64,000 nt of DNA from Marsupella aquatica (Eukaryota > Plantae > Marchantiophyta): contig OZ316897.1 in assembly GCA_973895155.1 (NCBI GenBank), positions 10,067,832 through 10,131,831 of the forward strand. The letters are read 5' to 3'. Under the pieces are notes generated by a model, which did no database searches, was not told the origin of the DNA, and saw nothing but the letters and a program-made list of their open reading frames with translations. A program made the position numbers and the translations under genes. Below, one piece after another: positions 26,199 through 39,181 of this stretch. Positions within the stretch are counted from its first letter, which is position 1, and each line of letters opens with the position of its first letter.

Positions 26199-29100
26199 TT
26201 ATACCCTAACTAGACTCCATGGTTACCTTAACCATAGTTACCATATAGGATAACTCGGACGGAGACTATATAAAGAGATGCACCCATTCATTCTATAGAG
26301 AGGAATCTCATTATCATTTCCCACATCATTCCTCAACACGTTATCAGCACGACTCTAGACCAGCTGAGCTTGATCATGAATTGTTTTTAGGAATTTCCCT
26401 ATGGCTATGATGAATGAATGTTCTCTCAAGGATTTCCAAGTTATGGAGGAGAATTGAATTGGGAGTGAGAAGGCTAGTAGTTTGAACCACCAAGAGAACA
26501 TGAGTCACGTTGAAGCAACAACAGGATGTAGCATTGTGGTCGCGCCGAGAGCAAGCTTATGAGGGCTGTGATATGATCAAAAGAAATTTTGTTTTGAAGG
26601 GTGATTCTGATCGAGTTCAGCCGCGCTGCTTCCTTCTACCCAACCAGGCCAGATCAACCTAAATCACTCGAGGCGATGAGTTGACAACCTTAACAAGAGG
26701 CAGAAAGAGAAGAGCAGAGACCGGAAGCCAAACAGAGACAGCCTTGAATGAAGCCGAGTGGATCGAGAGCAAATCAGGACCTGATCAGGATCATAAGAAA
26801 ATTTTTCAAAACCCTAACCTCATAAGGGACGAATGCAGGCGCCTTCTCTTTCCCTAAATTTCACAATGTTTCTCAACCGCTGACAGTTTCTTGTTGGTCG
26901 ATCTGCGAGCCATAAAGGATGAAAGGAAATGCCCATTACACACGATCGAGTGAAGTACAGGCATTACAAGAGCCCAAACATGGATGTTGAATTGGTCATT
27001 TGCTGATTCAATGAAGATTCCAATAAGAGCCATTTGATACAGTCGTATCAAATTGGAGAAGATAGAAACAAATGTCGTGGAGGAAGAACATCTTGGCTTT
27101 GGTTGTGAACGTACGGGTGATGGCATCCAACGAAAGAAACGAGTCATCGTTGTGGGGTCTAGATCTGATAGCATTTTCTGAATCCTAAATATGGAATGTT
27201 GTGCCTGTCCAAGAATGAGCCTGAGAAGCTGATCGCAATCAAAGAATGAGCCAAAGCGACAAGTGAGATTTCAAGAGACACACATGAGTGACTTAAACAT
27301 GCAACATTCAATCTCAAAATCCTCGAGAAAAACTCGAACACCAGATAAGTGCAACCCTCATTAAATGCACAGTATAGTAAAGAGTTTCTGAAATACAAAT
27401 GCTTGGGTGCACTTATCCAAAGACAAGAGAATCCCATATGTTTCAGTGCAAAATCTTCATTTTTGAAAAACTATCCATAAATGCATCAACTGGTTTAGGG
27501 AAATTACATGTCACTTGTTGAATTCGCATACATTAACATGCCTTACATGTGCAACACATGCTTTACATGCATTTGACATCTTTACATGTCATACCACCCT
27601 TACTTGACTTTGCACATTGGAAATAATGGTTTTATACCAAATACCTCTACTTTCCATTTACAAAGTGGTTGTTACACCCATTTCAATCACAAAATGGTTT
27701 TTACACCATTTTACACCCCTAGTTTACAGCTAATGATACCATTCTAGATTATACCTCATGACACCAGTTTACACTGGTGTATGTCTTACCATTGTATAAT
27801 CCCTGCTTTACATTGGGTTTATACTTGTTTACACTGGTTACACCAGATTACACTTGCTTATAGCATTTACACTGGTTTACACCAATTTACACCATCAGGG
27901 GGAGTAAACTTTGGTCCATACACTTTTTGTGTGTAAATTGACCATTTACAACTTTTACACCAATTGACATGGGTTTACACCCATTTACACCCTACATTAG
28001 GGCAATATCTTACGTAAGGGTCTTATCCTCATGGTCTTTACACCATAAACAACTCAAACGAGAGCTTTTATAGCCATTGTTCGGTGGGATGATAGTTTTT
28101 AAGTATGGAACTAATACCATACCTTTAACCATGCTCTATGACCTAGTTTTTGAGGTATTTTGGTAAGGTATAGATTTTTTGAGATCCAGTGATCGATGGC
28201 AGATATGTTTCTCACGAAAGATCCAGAATAATCTAAGGTATAGTACTTCAGGTTAGTTCCATGACCTTAGTTCCCGGCCATATCCAAAAGCGGATAATCA
28301 ATAACCCTTTAGGGGTCTAACTGCGAATATTTAGAAACCCGAAGTTAACTCAAATCAGAATGAGTAATGAGGGGTTAATATGGGCAAACCCCATAACTTT
28401 GTCCGGTCCAACTTAATTCTAGCTTTCAACTATAATATATGCATAAAATGCATATTTAGGGGAGAAAGTTTATTTTCTCAAACCCCAATCACACTTGATT
28501 TACCCACTACGAGTACATTTTGGTACTTGGTCATTAAGTGGGACCTTTTGACTATCACTAGCTCTAAATTATTTTTTTCCGGAGTTGTTTGACGTTTATG
28601 AATATCACTTTACCTCCGCAAGATAGCGAATCATTTTGAGCTAGCATTTTTCTGTGCTGTGACACACATGGACGTTCGACTGAATGTTTGGATTCCACAG
28701 GGTTATTTGTGAAGTTATATTGACTTGACACTTTTTGTCAAAATATGAGAACTGCAGACGTGCAGGGCAGACGTGCCATATTATACACACACCTGCTGGT
28801 GTTGTGAATGCACACCCTTTGGTGCTGCAGATTATTTTTCATATAAAAACTATTTGATACTACATGTTTTTGAAATCTAAGATTGAGAGATTTCTTTGTG
28901 TGTCGACTACACACGCTTGCGAATTGTGCATTTTGCACAAGAACCCTCTATTTAAGAATCTAATTAGGAGTCCTTGAACTCTAAGGGAGAGTTTCGATAT
29001 TTGAGTTTTACGAGAATAATATATTCCTCGAAACCTTGTTTTGAGGGGGAGATCATATTTTTTGGATTTTTTACATCCCATACTTTACGCACTCAGTTGC

Positions 29101-29722
29101 ACGAGATGACATTATTTATTATTATACTTTACACTTTGCACAGATGAGCCACGAACAAGTGATTTTATGATAATAACTTAATTACTAACCATTTTTTCAT
29201 ATATGTTTTAATTTGTATTCGATGCGAGGATGTATGTGCGGATATATGCGTGATGGTGAGCGATTTGGAGACATGTCGCGTTGTTGTTGAGTCGTTGAGC
29301 ATACGACAACTTGTTCATTTTGACGGAGTGGAGTTGTTGCTGTTAACTCCACATACCACCGGATTCACTTGAGGACCGACAGGGCTGTACTCTTTTTCCT
29401 TTAGAGCCGAGATATATATATTTTTTCTCTGTTACCTTGATAGAGTTTTTAGAGCTGTTAAAGGTTTTAACGAGGCAGTACCTTCCTCATTTGTACTCAA
29501 ATCATGCAATTTTATAAGCATGATAATCTAGTTAGAAGACTTTTTGTCTACATAGTTATCACTATATAGCCAAGGGGGAGTGTTATACCCTAACTAGACT
29601 CCATGGTTACCTTAATCATAGTTACCGTATAGGATAACCCGGACGGAGACTATATAAAGAGATGCACCCATTCATTCTATAGAGATTAATCTCATTATCA
29701 TTTCCCACATCATTACTCAACA
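26197..29722 (+). mobile_element. Non-autonomous LTR element (LARD/large-TRIM-like) of Bianca type, nested in another LTR
   Basis: 142-bp TG...CA LTRs at 26197-26338 and 29581-29722 (6 mismatches); TSD TATGA at 26192-26196 and 29723-29727; PBS cgttatcagcacg at 26339-26351; PPT 29572-29580; no gag/pol motifs found internally. Confidence 0.92.
27625..28050. repeat. Degenerate array of short TTTACAC-core repeats inside the non-autonomous element
   Basis: Many copies of (t)ttacac(c/t), locally spaced 10-11 bp (e.g. 27828-27895). Confidence 0.75.
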
Positions 29723-32137
29723 TATGATTCATTCTTGATCAGTTTTCCCTTAACAAATCGAACCATCTTTATTATTGGAGGAGCTTATGTGACTCATCCT
29801 GGAAAGTTGAGGAGTAAAAGGAACTGTTCACCTTCTCTCTCCACCAACTGATGGCCACCACTATTTACTGTAGAGAGCATACCGGAACATGGTACTGACT
29901 ATTCATTATAACACCTCCAATGTGGGTGTAAGCCAGCTAAAGCAGCTGAATCGGGACGCTGTAGAGAGTTAGAGGTGGCTAGACACAAGGCAGGGATTGC
30001 GATGGAGAGTAGAGTGGTGCTGAATTAGCGGTACCTCTTACTTGCCACATGCTATACGTGCCAGAGGAAGCGCCATCCTTTATGGGAACAGACACCCTCT
30101 TTACACACAAAACATTACTCGCCAACTGTGCATCATTACGAAGGCGTAATATTCTTATTTCTAGTTGACATATTGACATGGAACCATTACTGTCAAAAAG
30201 AATAAAACACGACTTCACAATTTCGAGGAAGTTCTTCTCTCCCTTCAATGTTCAGTATTACCTGTCAGCACTTTTCCAGGCTAAAAGTTCCTATGTTTTG
30301 GAAATATCGGAATATAATCATTAGTGGATTACTTTTCGTTGTTTATTTCAATTTGTCCTATGAAGGACTCATGTATAAAAATTTCACGTAGAGTGTATAT
30401 AATTCTTCGAAAAGGTTCTTGTTTCTTTTGTCCGTTTGTGCCTCCGATTAAAAGAGGGAAGAAGAGAAAAGAAAGCTTAAGTTCCATGAAAAGTAAGTAT
30501 CAGTAGCTGTACATACTGCATAAGACTGTCACTACTATGTTGGTATGGGTTGAGCTGATCTCAAACCTAAAACGTTTAAATCTAAAGCCCAGACGGACTA
30601 AAAAAGTGTCATGTGTCATCAGAGCATTCAATTTAATTTCCACAAAACAATTCAACACCAGAGCGAGAGGAAAGTGACATGCACTATCCTCTGCTTCATG
30701 CCATCACCAATTGCTTTGATTATCGAGATCGAAGTTTTGCATTAACCTTGTGGATCCTGATTTTACAGTAGGTCTACACCCCATTAATGGCATTTCGAGG
30801 CGTACGTATTTCCAAAATCATTAACTTATTACTCTAGGGGCCTAAATTTAATTCAAGGCCCTCATTGTTATGTGACAGTGAACATTTCATTAAAGCAAAC
30901 CCCGGGAAGCAAACGCTTGCTTATTACATGAATTCAGAATTCGGGTACTTCATAAGTAGCTTCGTCAGTGCATCTGAATTTCGAATGAATGGTGACCATT
31001 AAGGAGGTACATTAATGTTGATCTTGTTGAATTTATGGACGAGTCACTGTCCTGATATGGAATCCTTATCTGACGTGTAGAAACGAAGTGTAGTGTATCG
31101 CAGTAAAGTGCCTCCGTATCTGAACATCAGGAGAAAATCATCAAGCCCTCATGATTGCTTACAAGATCGACGGTAGGCATGAATGAAGATTTGATAATCT
31201 TGGCTGTCTAAATCTTTCCATTAATGACCGACGTGGCAAACTGGCAATACGTATAGTAGGCTTATCTCAAGCGCAATAATTTGTTTAGTGGAAGGTATCC
31301 TTTTTCTTATTTTTTAACTGAGCGTTTACACTTTTTTGCATCTTTCTAAGCATCTAACCTGGAATCATTTCGTTAAATGATAGATTTGTAAGAGCAAAAC
31401 CCTTGATAACTGAATTTATCAGTAAGCATAAAATCCCATCACATTGTATTTATTGATAAGTGCATCTTGATTCCTAGTAGAGTGAAATACACTTTTGGAG
31501 TCTGACACCGAATTTACTGCAGGGATCTAGAATTTGTGTAACAAGTCTCTAGACTACTTACTGACATAACGGCTACTCATCCATAGCCTCAGGTGGACAT
31601 ATGTAGAACAAGGGTAGAGGATAAAGAAAATCAGGGAGACTTTTTATGAATAATATTTAACTTTTCTGCAATATTTTGTTTGCATCCTTGGTTTCAGTAG
31701 GGTCTCTCCAAATTGACAATTTGATGGACTTTAAGTCCATAGTTACCGGTGAATAACACACTAAGCTAAGGACTATGAAATTCATAGTCCCACATCTATT
31801 TTCCCATAAGGATTACCATTACAGTCACTGTCACGCTAGTGAAAGGCAAAACATAAAATTCAGAATCTTGTGAAAAATTTATGACCATTCTTTTGTAGCT
31901 TAATGTTATGATCCATATTTTGAAGCTTTGAGACAGGATTGGAAAGTTCCTAGCAGACTACACGTTGCGAGTCTCCAAAAACCTGTTGTGTACTGAAAAA
32001 AGGGCTTGCATTACTTTTAATTAATGGAATTTGCACTCACAAACTTTGATAGTATCCTTGTAGGCAAGAATTGAGGATCTCGTCGTGTACTCGCTTTTTA
32101 ATTTCAATGTGATTGTCAAGTGCAGATGGAAAGCTTA

Positions 32138-32213
32138 TCGCACGAGGTTTTTACTGATACCATATTTGCCCCTAATCGCACGAGCTTTCTACTGATACCA
32201 TATTTGCCTCCTG
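32138..32213. repeat. Two-copy ~38-bp tandem duplication
   Basis: atcgcacgag..tt.tactgataccatatttgcc twice. Confidence 0.8.
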
Positions 32214-35200
32214 AGAGTCTATGTAGAGAGAGAAAGATTGTTAATGGAGGATAGGGAGTGAGGCGCCTCACGCATTTATGACGATATGAGTGCCGTAGCT
32301 GTTGCCTTCATGAGTTCAAAAGATTTTCATACAGAAAATCGTGCATTTTCAATCAGTTGAATGCTAATAGGAGAATTTAGGACAATCTAGAGTCAGGCTG
32401 ACTTGCATGCTCAGTAATGTACCATGAGCCAGCGGAACATTTACTTACGTAATTCACTACGAGGAATGATACACTTTACCGTAGTACTATAGTATGTTAT
32501 GAAAGTCATATACAGTCACAACGAGAAAAATGACATTGTGTGATTGTGGTGGAACGCTGATGACTATGCATTAGGTCATTATCGCCTAATAAAGATTCCA
32601 TTTAAGGCAAAGCGGGCATTTAATAGGTTGATTTTCAATTTCAACGGCTTGTGAAGATCGAGATGGGGTTTGAAGTCTAATTACAAGCTCTACTGTACTT
32701 AATTAACAGACGGCAAGGTACTACAGTAGCTAGCACTGTGATCCAATGGTTGGCTTGGTGGTCTTGTTGTGTTGCTCAAAATCTATCTCTAAAATAGATC
32801 ATCTGTCTGTGTCGATACCTTGTAATTCTTTATTCTGATTTTTCTTTCCCAAGAATGATGCCCCAAGGACCACGATGGTGGTCTTTGAAAACCCCTAAGG
32901 ATCACATTTTAAAAAAATTTGAATTTAATTTTAATAATTTATGTTTATAAATTTAAATAATTTTAAGTTTTGAAGATATAGTACAAGAGTAGCTAAGCTA
33001 CACTTTCATCAAAGGTGATTATGAATTTTTGACCATTTTGATTGAGTTACTCATCATAGAATGAGGAGGGGGTAAATTTTAATTGTGTTCTTTTAGGTAG
33101 GGTTTGTGTTATTTGATGTCTCCTCTTTTTATCTCTAGTTGCCTTGGAAGTGAAAATCAAAATTTTATTTTAAAATTTATATTCATCAAGTTATTAGCCC
33201 AAAATTTACATCGATCACCATAATGCAATGCATTAGAGCCAAATGTCCAACAAGGAGGTACACCCGAGTCTCACTTTCTTTCCCATTCGATACTATTAAT
33301 TCCCTCCGTAACCGTATTATGATAGTTTCTCAATTTACGTCAGTTGATAAGGGACGGAAATCCTAGAATAGTACGGACATTAGGCATTAATGAGGGTGGC
33401 CACAATTTGAAAATGACAAGGATGATCATAAAGGAAAAACGGATAGCTATTCACTGTTGGATATAAAAAGCGAATAGAGACAGAGGGATAGAAAAAGGTA
33501 CCTTCCTGAAAGGGGGCCATCAATGAATGTGACCAATCTCATAACTCAACCCATCAATGAAAAATAGTCAATCACTCACCCATCTCATAAAGAATGCCAT
33601 AAAAGCGCTCCCAATGCTCACACAATTGCAATATTTTAAGTGTTCAGCATGGCGACATCATTGCGCTAGTCTAGTCAAACACATTCACCTCAGCGAGACC
33701 TTTATTGCCTCAATAGTTATAGCCTTGAACGGTTCATTCCATGCATGTTGCATTTAGGAGCTCCTGAATTGACGGTCAGAAGCTATTCCCCAAAGTGAGC
33801 ACTCTAGGGAGTCCGTTGATCTATCATCCAATAAATGCCCTTCGTAGAACTCTAAGTCTACTTGGTTCACCAGACGTGTGACTCAGCGAAGGGAATTGAG
33901 AGGGCTCATAAATATGGTCGAGTGATCGATCATCGATGGTGATGATAGAGTAGCCCTTGACCTAGCTTTGCCAAAATCTTCACTCTCCTGCTTATAGGAT
34001 TCATTGATGGGGTTGCTAGCTTGATTTGTCTTCATTGATGAACAGAGTTGGACCTGGTGTAAAATTGAGGCGTAGTCTTGGGTACTACTTCCATGTCTGT
34101 ACGGAGTTGGCTTAGAATGTCATTAGTCATTAGTGCGTCTCTATCTTCTAGCAATACCACAAACAGGCTGCAAAAGACTTGGCCCCTCTAGGATAAACAT
34201 TACTTTTTGTCTTTGTTTCTTAGTTGGCTTTTGGTTGGGATCCCTTAACTTGTTTTTCTGAGGTCCTTTCCCCTCTTTTACTCCCCATCATTTTCTTGTG
34301 ACACTTTCCCCTCGTTTCCTCCCCCTCTTTTTTGCCCTTAGGCACTGTGATACATACTACAGTTGTCACGCTCGTTTCAAATGGACTTCTTGGGAAACAC
34401 GACAAACTTTTCACAGAAAGGACAGGGCCCCTTGTTCTTGTAACCCTTCCTTTAACCTGTGTGATTACTAGTTTACTTTTAACATCGTAGGCAAAGCTAT
34501 ATACGTCAGTACACTATTTTTGTCGTGAAGCTATTTTCTCTTTTTGGTTTTCTGGGCCGAGTTTATGACGCTTAAATAGGGCTATGTCTATGACTCTATG
34601 GATACCTGTCAGAACAAAAGTGGTACGGAAGGGTTAATTATAAGTCGGTGAAATTGTATCAATATATATACAATTATGGAACTTTGCGACGCCGTACTGT
34701 AGCTCTGGTAAGTGCAAGTGCTTTGTAACTGAACTTTACTTCACACCATTAATGCGTGTGTGTTAGGCTGCGTATCCTCTGTTACTGGGCCTCTATTGGG
34801 ACAAGTATCATGCATAATACAGGGTGTAAATTACTCGTTCTTTTTCATTTTCCGCCTTTTTTCCTCGTTTGGGGGGCACCATTCCTTCTCAATTGCCCTC
34901 CCCTATCCTCTCACCATGACAGTTCACCCCAAATCATGGAACGCCACCGAGTTCATTGTTGTGGGACATAAATCCTCTTGCACTCTGGCTCAGGTCAAGC
35001 TCAGGATTTATAACCAACAATGCCCTCAGGAAAGAACGTTTTGGTACAGTACTCATACTGAGCTCCAGGACTTTGCTCCAGGGCAATTTTGCTACAGGAC
35101 GAGCTAAAGGATCGCCACAGACTGCACTTTTGGCCAAGTTGCTAACTGACTAGCCATGGCTATGTGGAAGCCAGTGTCTTGAACATGGTAGAATTGACAC

Positions 35201-38200
35201 TAGCTAATCAGTCTTAGTTCAGACAAGGCTGCCCCATCTTTTTTCACCCCTAGCTCTTTCCCCTTCACCCACTATACATGAACACAGCTGGGTTTGTTTG
35301 ATTTCTCAGATTGTGTGTCCAAGAGCACCTTGCCATGTGACAAATACAAGACCTCAAGCTAAATGCAAGAGAAAGAACAACACTATACAAAATGCAAATC
35401 AACCTGACTATTAAAATAATTTGGTGGATAGCTAGTCAATCCAATCAATTTGGGGGACAGGGTAAGAAAAAACTGTTTCCAAATAAGTGCAAAAAGTTGG
35501 TCAAATCTAAGGGAAATTAGCTTAAATAGCACATTACGCTGCAGATATGGTTTGGTGAAGCACGGTACTGTTAGTGAGCTCACTTTTCACAAGGAGGGAA
35601 GCATATTCAAAGGAGGACTGCTGTACTACGGTAGTTTACAACTACGGTACTGTAAATTGAACTCTGACTCATGCTCTTTGGAGCATTAATGAGGTACTCA
35701 GATCAACGGTATGAGGGTGGCTATTGTGCCCTTGAAAGGGGATTGGATTGTCGATCTCCATCCCCATTATTTTGCTTTGGGGCTCCACATGCGCATATAA
35801 TAATCACCCCGAACATGCAGTCTCCAGTCTCCACAACTACCTATTCCATAGATGCCTTCTTAAATATTGTGTGGGATAATGTCGGTAAGCAATAGAAATT
35901 CTCATTTACTCTCACCAGCTCAGATCTCGACAGGAACGCTCCAGTGGTTTGATTATGATTGAGAGAATAGAAGATTAAGTAAATGCAACCGTGTGGCTGA
36001 GTGGCTCCTTTACATGGCCTACACTCCAATTAGTCCTTGGGGTGTCTTCGCTTTTGTTTCAGGTGTCACCTTTCTTGGTGGAAAAAGTGCAGCAATTCAA
36101 GTCATAATTGCTTTTCGGTCACTTGCACAATAATATGTTAGTGTTTACTCTTTCTGTCCCTCTGAATTGTGGCAATTTATTAGGAATGGTTTTAATTGTG
36201 TCCCAAGTTCATGTAATGTGAAGTGTGGTCTGTTCACACATATGAATGGTTGAGATTGCATCTTACACTTCGAAAAAAAGACTAGTGTCTCCTATTTCTT
36301 GTAACATTACCCTTAATTGGTCTGATTTTGGTTTCCTTGGGAGCCAGTTGCGCTGGTAGTTGTCCTATTCCAGTTTCCCTGAAAATCCATAAACTTGAAA
36401 AGCACACCATTCGAGTAATCATTTGGGATAGGTGTATGTGACACAACAGATAGGATTGAGAGGAGGATGTGGAATGTAGGGTCTGTATTACCTTGGGGGC
36501 GCAACCAGTGCAGGGGATAACTAAGGAAGAAAACATTTATATAGTTTTATGTTTTCATTAGGGCACTAGATTTTTCATTGGAGCACCTTTCTCTTCAGAA
36601 AAAAGAATCCCAGTTTAGTCCATTCAGGTGTATTGACTAGGATGCTAATGAAAGTGAAAGTGTGTACATACTCACTTAAGTCAATGTCAAGACTAACAGA
36701 ATCCAAGGATAACAACTCCTAAATTGAATGTAACGTGGCTTAAAAGGGGGTGTGGTAGTGAGGATTGCACCTCTTGCAGACTTGCACATGAACCTGAAAC
36801 AGTAGGGAGCAACTGCAGGGAAGAATCCGGGGAACAATCTTAGAAATAAATATACTAGCCAACAATAAAAATCGCCATCGTCCCAAAACAATCCAAAGGG
36901 AGACATGCTCTCAATATGATCAAGCATACATCTCGAGTCTTGAATAAAACACAATTCGTGGGACCATGACGTGTTCCCCACTGAAATCCTCCTACTCTCG
37001 TGTAGAATGAATTATTATTTTGCTTCTCTGAAACGGGAGACAATGAACCAAACCATGGCTCTTAATAATCAAAGCTGGAAGGAAGGGATCTGGCCTCTGG
37101 GTCGATCGAACGTCCAAACATGCAAGTCAATCAATTGCCATGTTAGGCACTGAGAAAACGACAGGTTTTGTTGTCCCTATAAGGAAGATCCAGTAGGAGT
37201 GATTAAATATCTTCTTGAGGGACCATTACTGCAGCATAAATTTGGAGTCAAGACGACAAGATACACTGTTTCTGTCTTTCTGACGATTAAACAAATGTTT
37301 TCTTGCTTTGTAATTATACCCAGGTGCGCAATTAGTTGAGAAAGGACGGGTCATTACTAGCAAGTGAACATAAAGACAAGAAGACAAAATTATTGATGCC
37401 CTCCCATCTGTAAAAGTCGGTACTTACGGTATTGTATTTATGTAATCTCATGTATCTTGGATTCTTGGTCATATTTGGGACGGGTAACTGCTAAAATGAT
37501 ACGGAGCCACTAGTATCGGTAGTACTAAATTGGAAGATTGTGGACTGTGTGCCACAGTTTCGTAATGCTTGCAGTCATGAACTAACCGAGAGGGCTCATC
37601 TAATTATATATTTGTAATAGAAATTACTTGCCGGGGCATACTAGACTGAATTATTTACAAGAGTGTAACTCTGGGAAGTAATTGTCATTTTGGGTGCTAG
37701 TAGAATACAGCTATTGGGGGTAAGGTAAGTCTCTGAAAATGGTGGAGTGGGCTTGAGGGCTCTATTTCTTTTCAAAAGAACCTGCACTCAAACTAGTTAG
37801 CAAAACAATAATTTACCCCACAAATGATTGTAGCAACCTTAGGAGGGGGATTCATAAAAAGTTGTTAGTAATTTCACACGCGCATCATGTTTTCAAAAAT
37901 AAATTATAAAGCAATGCAAGCCAATTCACAAGCCAGGTTTTACTGATCAACTGTTGCATGAGCCCAGACAACTCAATAGATTTGAATGATGTGTTAGTTG
38001 ACTTGTCTCAGTTGTATGCAATCACACATACATCCTGCTTGCAAGTGAAACCACAACTCTACAGTTGGGGTGTGTTGCTTTGCAGCACAATGTCTGATCA
38101 TTATGTGTCAACATGAGTAGAGAAGCCCAATACTATAAATTCTACCGTTTAGTAATCAGGAAATATTTTGCTGCAGATCTCGAATCATAAAGCAGAGGAG

Positions 38201-39043
38201 TGCCGTGCACATTTGTTAAAACTTAAAAGACTTGACAAATGGAATTAATCAGATTTGACAGGTATGCTTTTAATTATCAGTGTCATAGTTAGTGTTGAAC
38301 CACACCCGCCCATATAAAAGACCATCATTCCTGGCCTGTGGTGAACAGTGTTTCAACATAAAAGGTAAAACACTTATCAATAAAAGGTGAAGCACTTCCA
38401 AGTTCCAACTTTTGTAGAACTCAAGTCTACTTTTGAGCCCGTTCACTTTTTAATGAGAGCTACTAATAACCGGGAGCTCTTTATAGTGGCAGCTGGTATG
38501 ACACGACCTCAGAGAATTCTCTCATTCCGGTCCAACTCTAGAAGACAACAATCAAATGTTCAAGTAGTGTTGACCAAAAACAAAAAAAACACGATGGCTT
38601 CAATAGAAGTGAGTTGTCAGGTTGACATGACCAATCAGAATGGAGCAGGTCTGAATCTTCTACTGACTAAGCCAGGATAACTTAATTAAAGACCCAAAAC
38701 ATCGTAACGTAAGGATTCTATTCCGCATGAGTAAACTCAAGAGCAATGTTCGGGGAATTCCCCATGTGATAGTTGGGTGGAAAGTTACCATGGCTAAATT
38801 AAGCTCCTATCAGGTGCCCGACTTTAAGTCATTTCCACGTCGGATATTTTAGCTTTATGAGAAACCCCATGAAGCCAGAACGTTCACAAGACTGTATTTA
38901 GACCAAAGAAGTAACTTCCTACAAAATAATAAAAGAGGATAGTTAAGTAATCATCCTGGGGAGGTATATTTGATACATATGGATGGCTGAGATTGAGAGT
39001 AGGCGTGGAATGTAGGGTATGGATGACCTTTGACGGGAGGCAC

Positions 39044-39181
39044 AACCGGTCTAGATTTGTTTCTATAGCATTTCAAGGACAAAAACAACCCAAAAATCTC
39101 AACGAGATTTTGCATTTGTGCCGTAGATCACTCACTAGATGAACAACAAAGTTGTATCAGACAAACAAATCTAGACCGGTT
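39044..39181. mobile_element. MITE-like element with a perfect 19-bp inverted repeat
   Basis: aaccggtctagatttgttt (39044-39062) and aaacaaatctagaccggtt (39163-39181); TSD ambiguous because ACCGGT is palindromic. Confidence 0.5.

Noticed and set aside
33480-33640. Helitron PIF1 helicase remnant on the minus strand (FFIDG / FIDGP-like words)
   Set aside because: No intact Walker A and no downstream helicase motifs; too short to support.
34700-37200. Short ORFs as exons of a host gene
   Set aside because: No domain motifs and no phase-consistent exon chain found.
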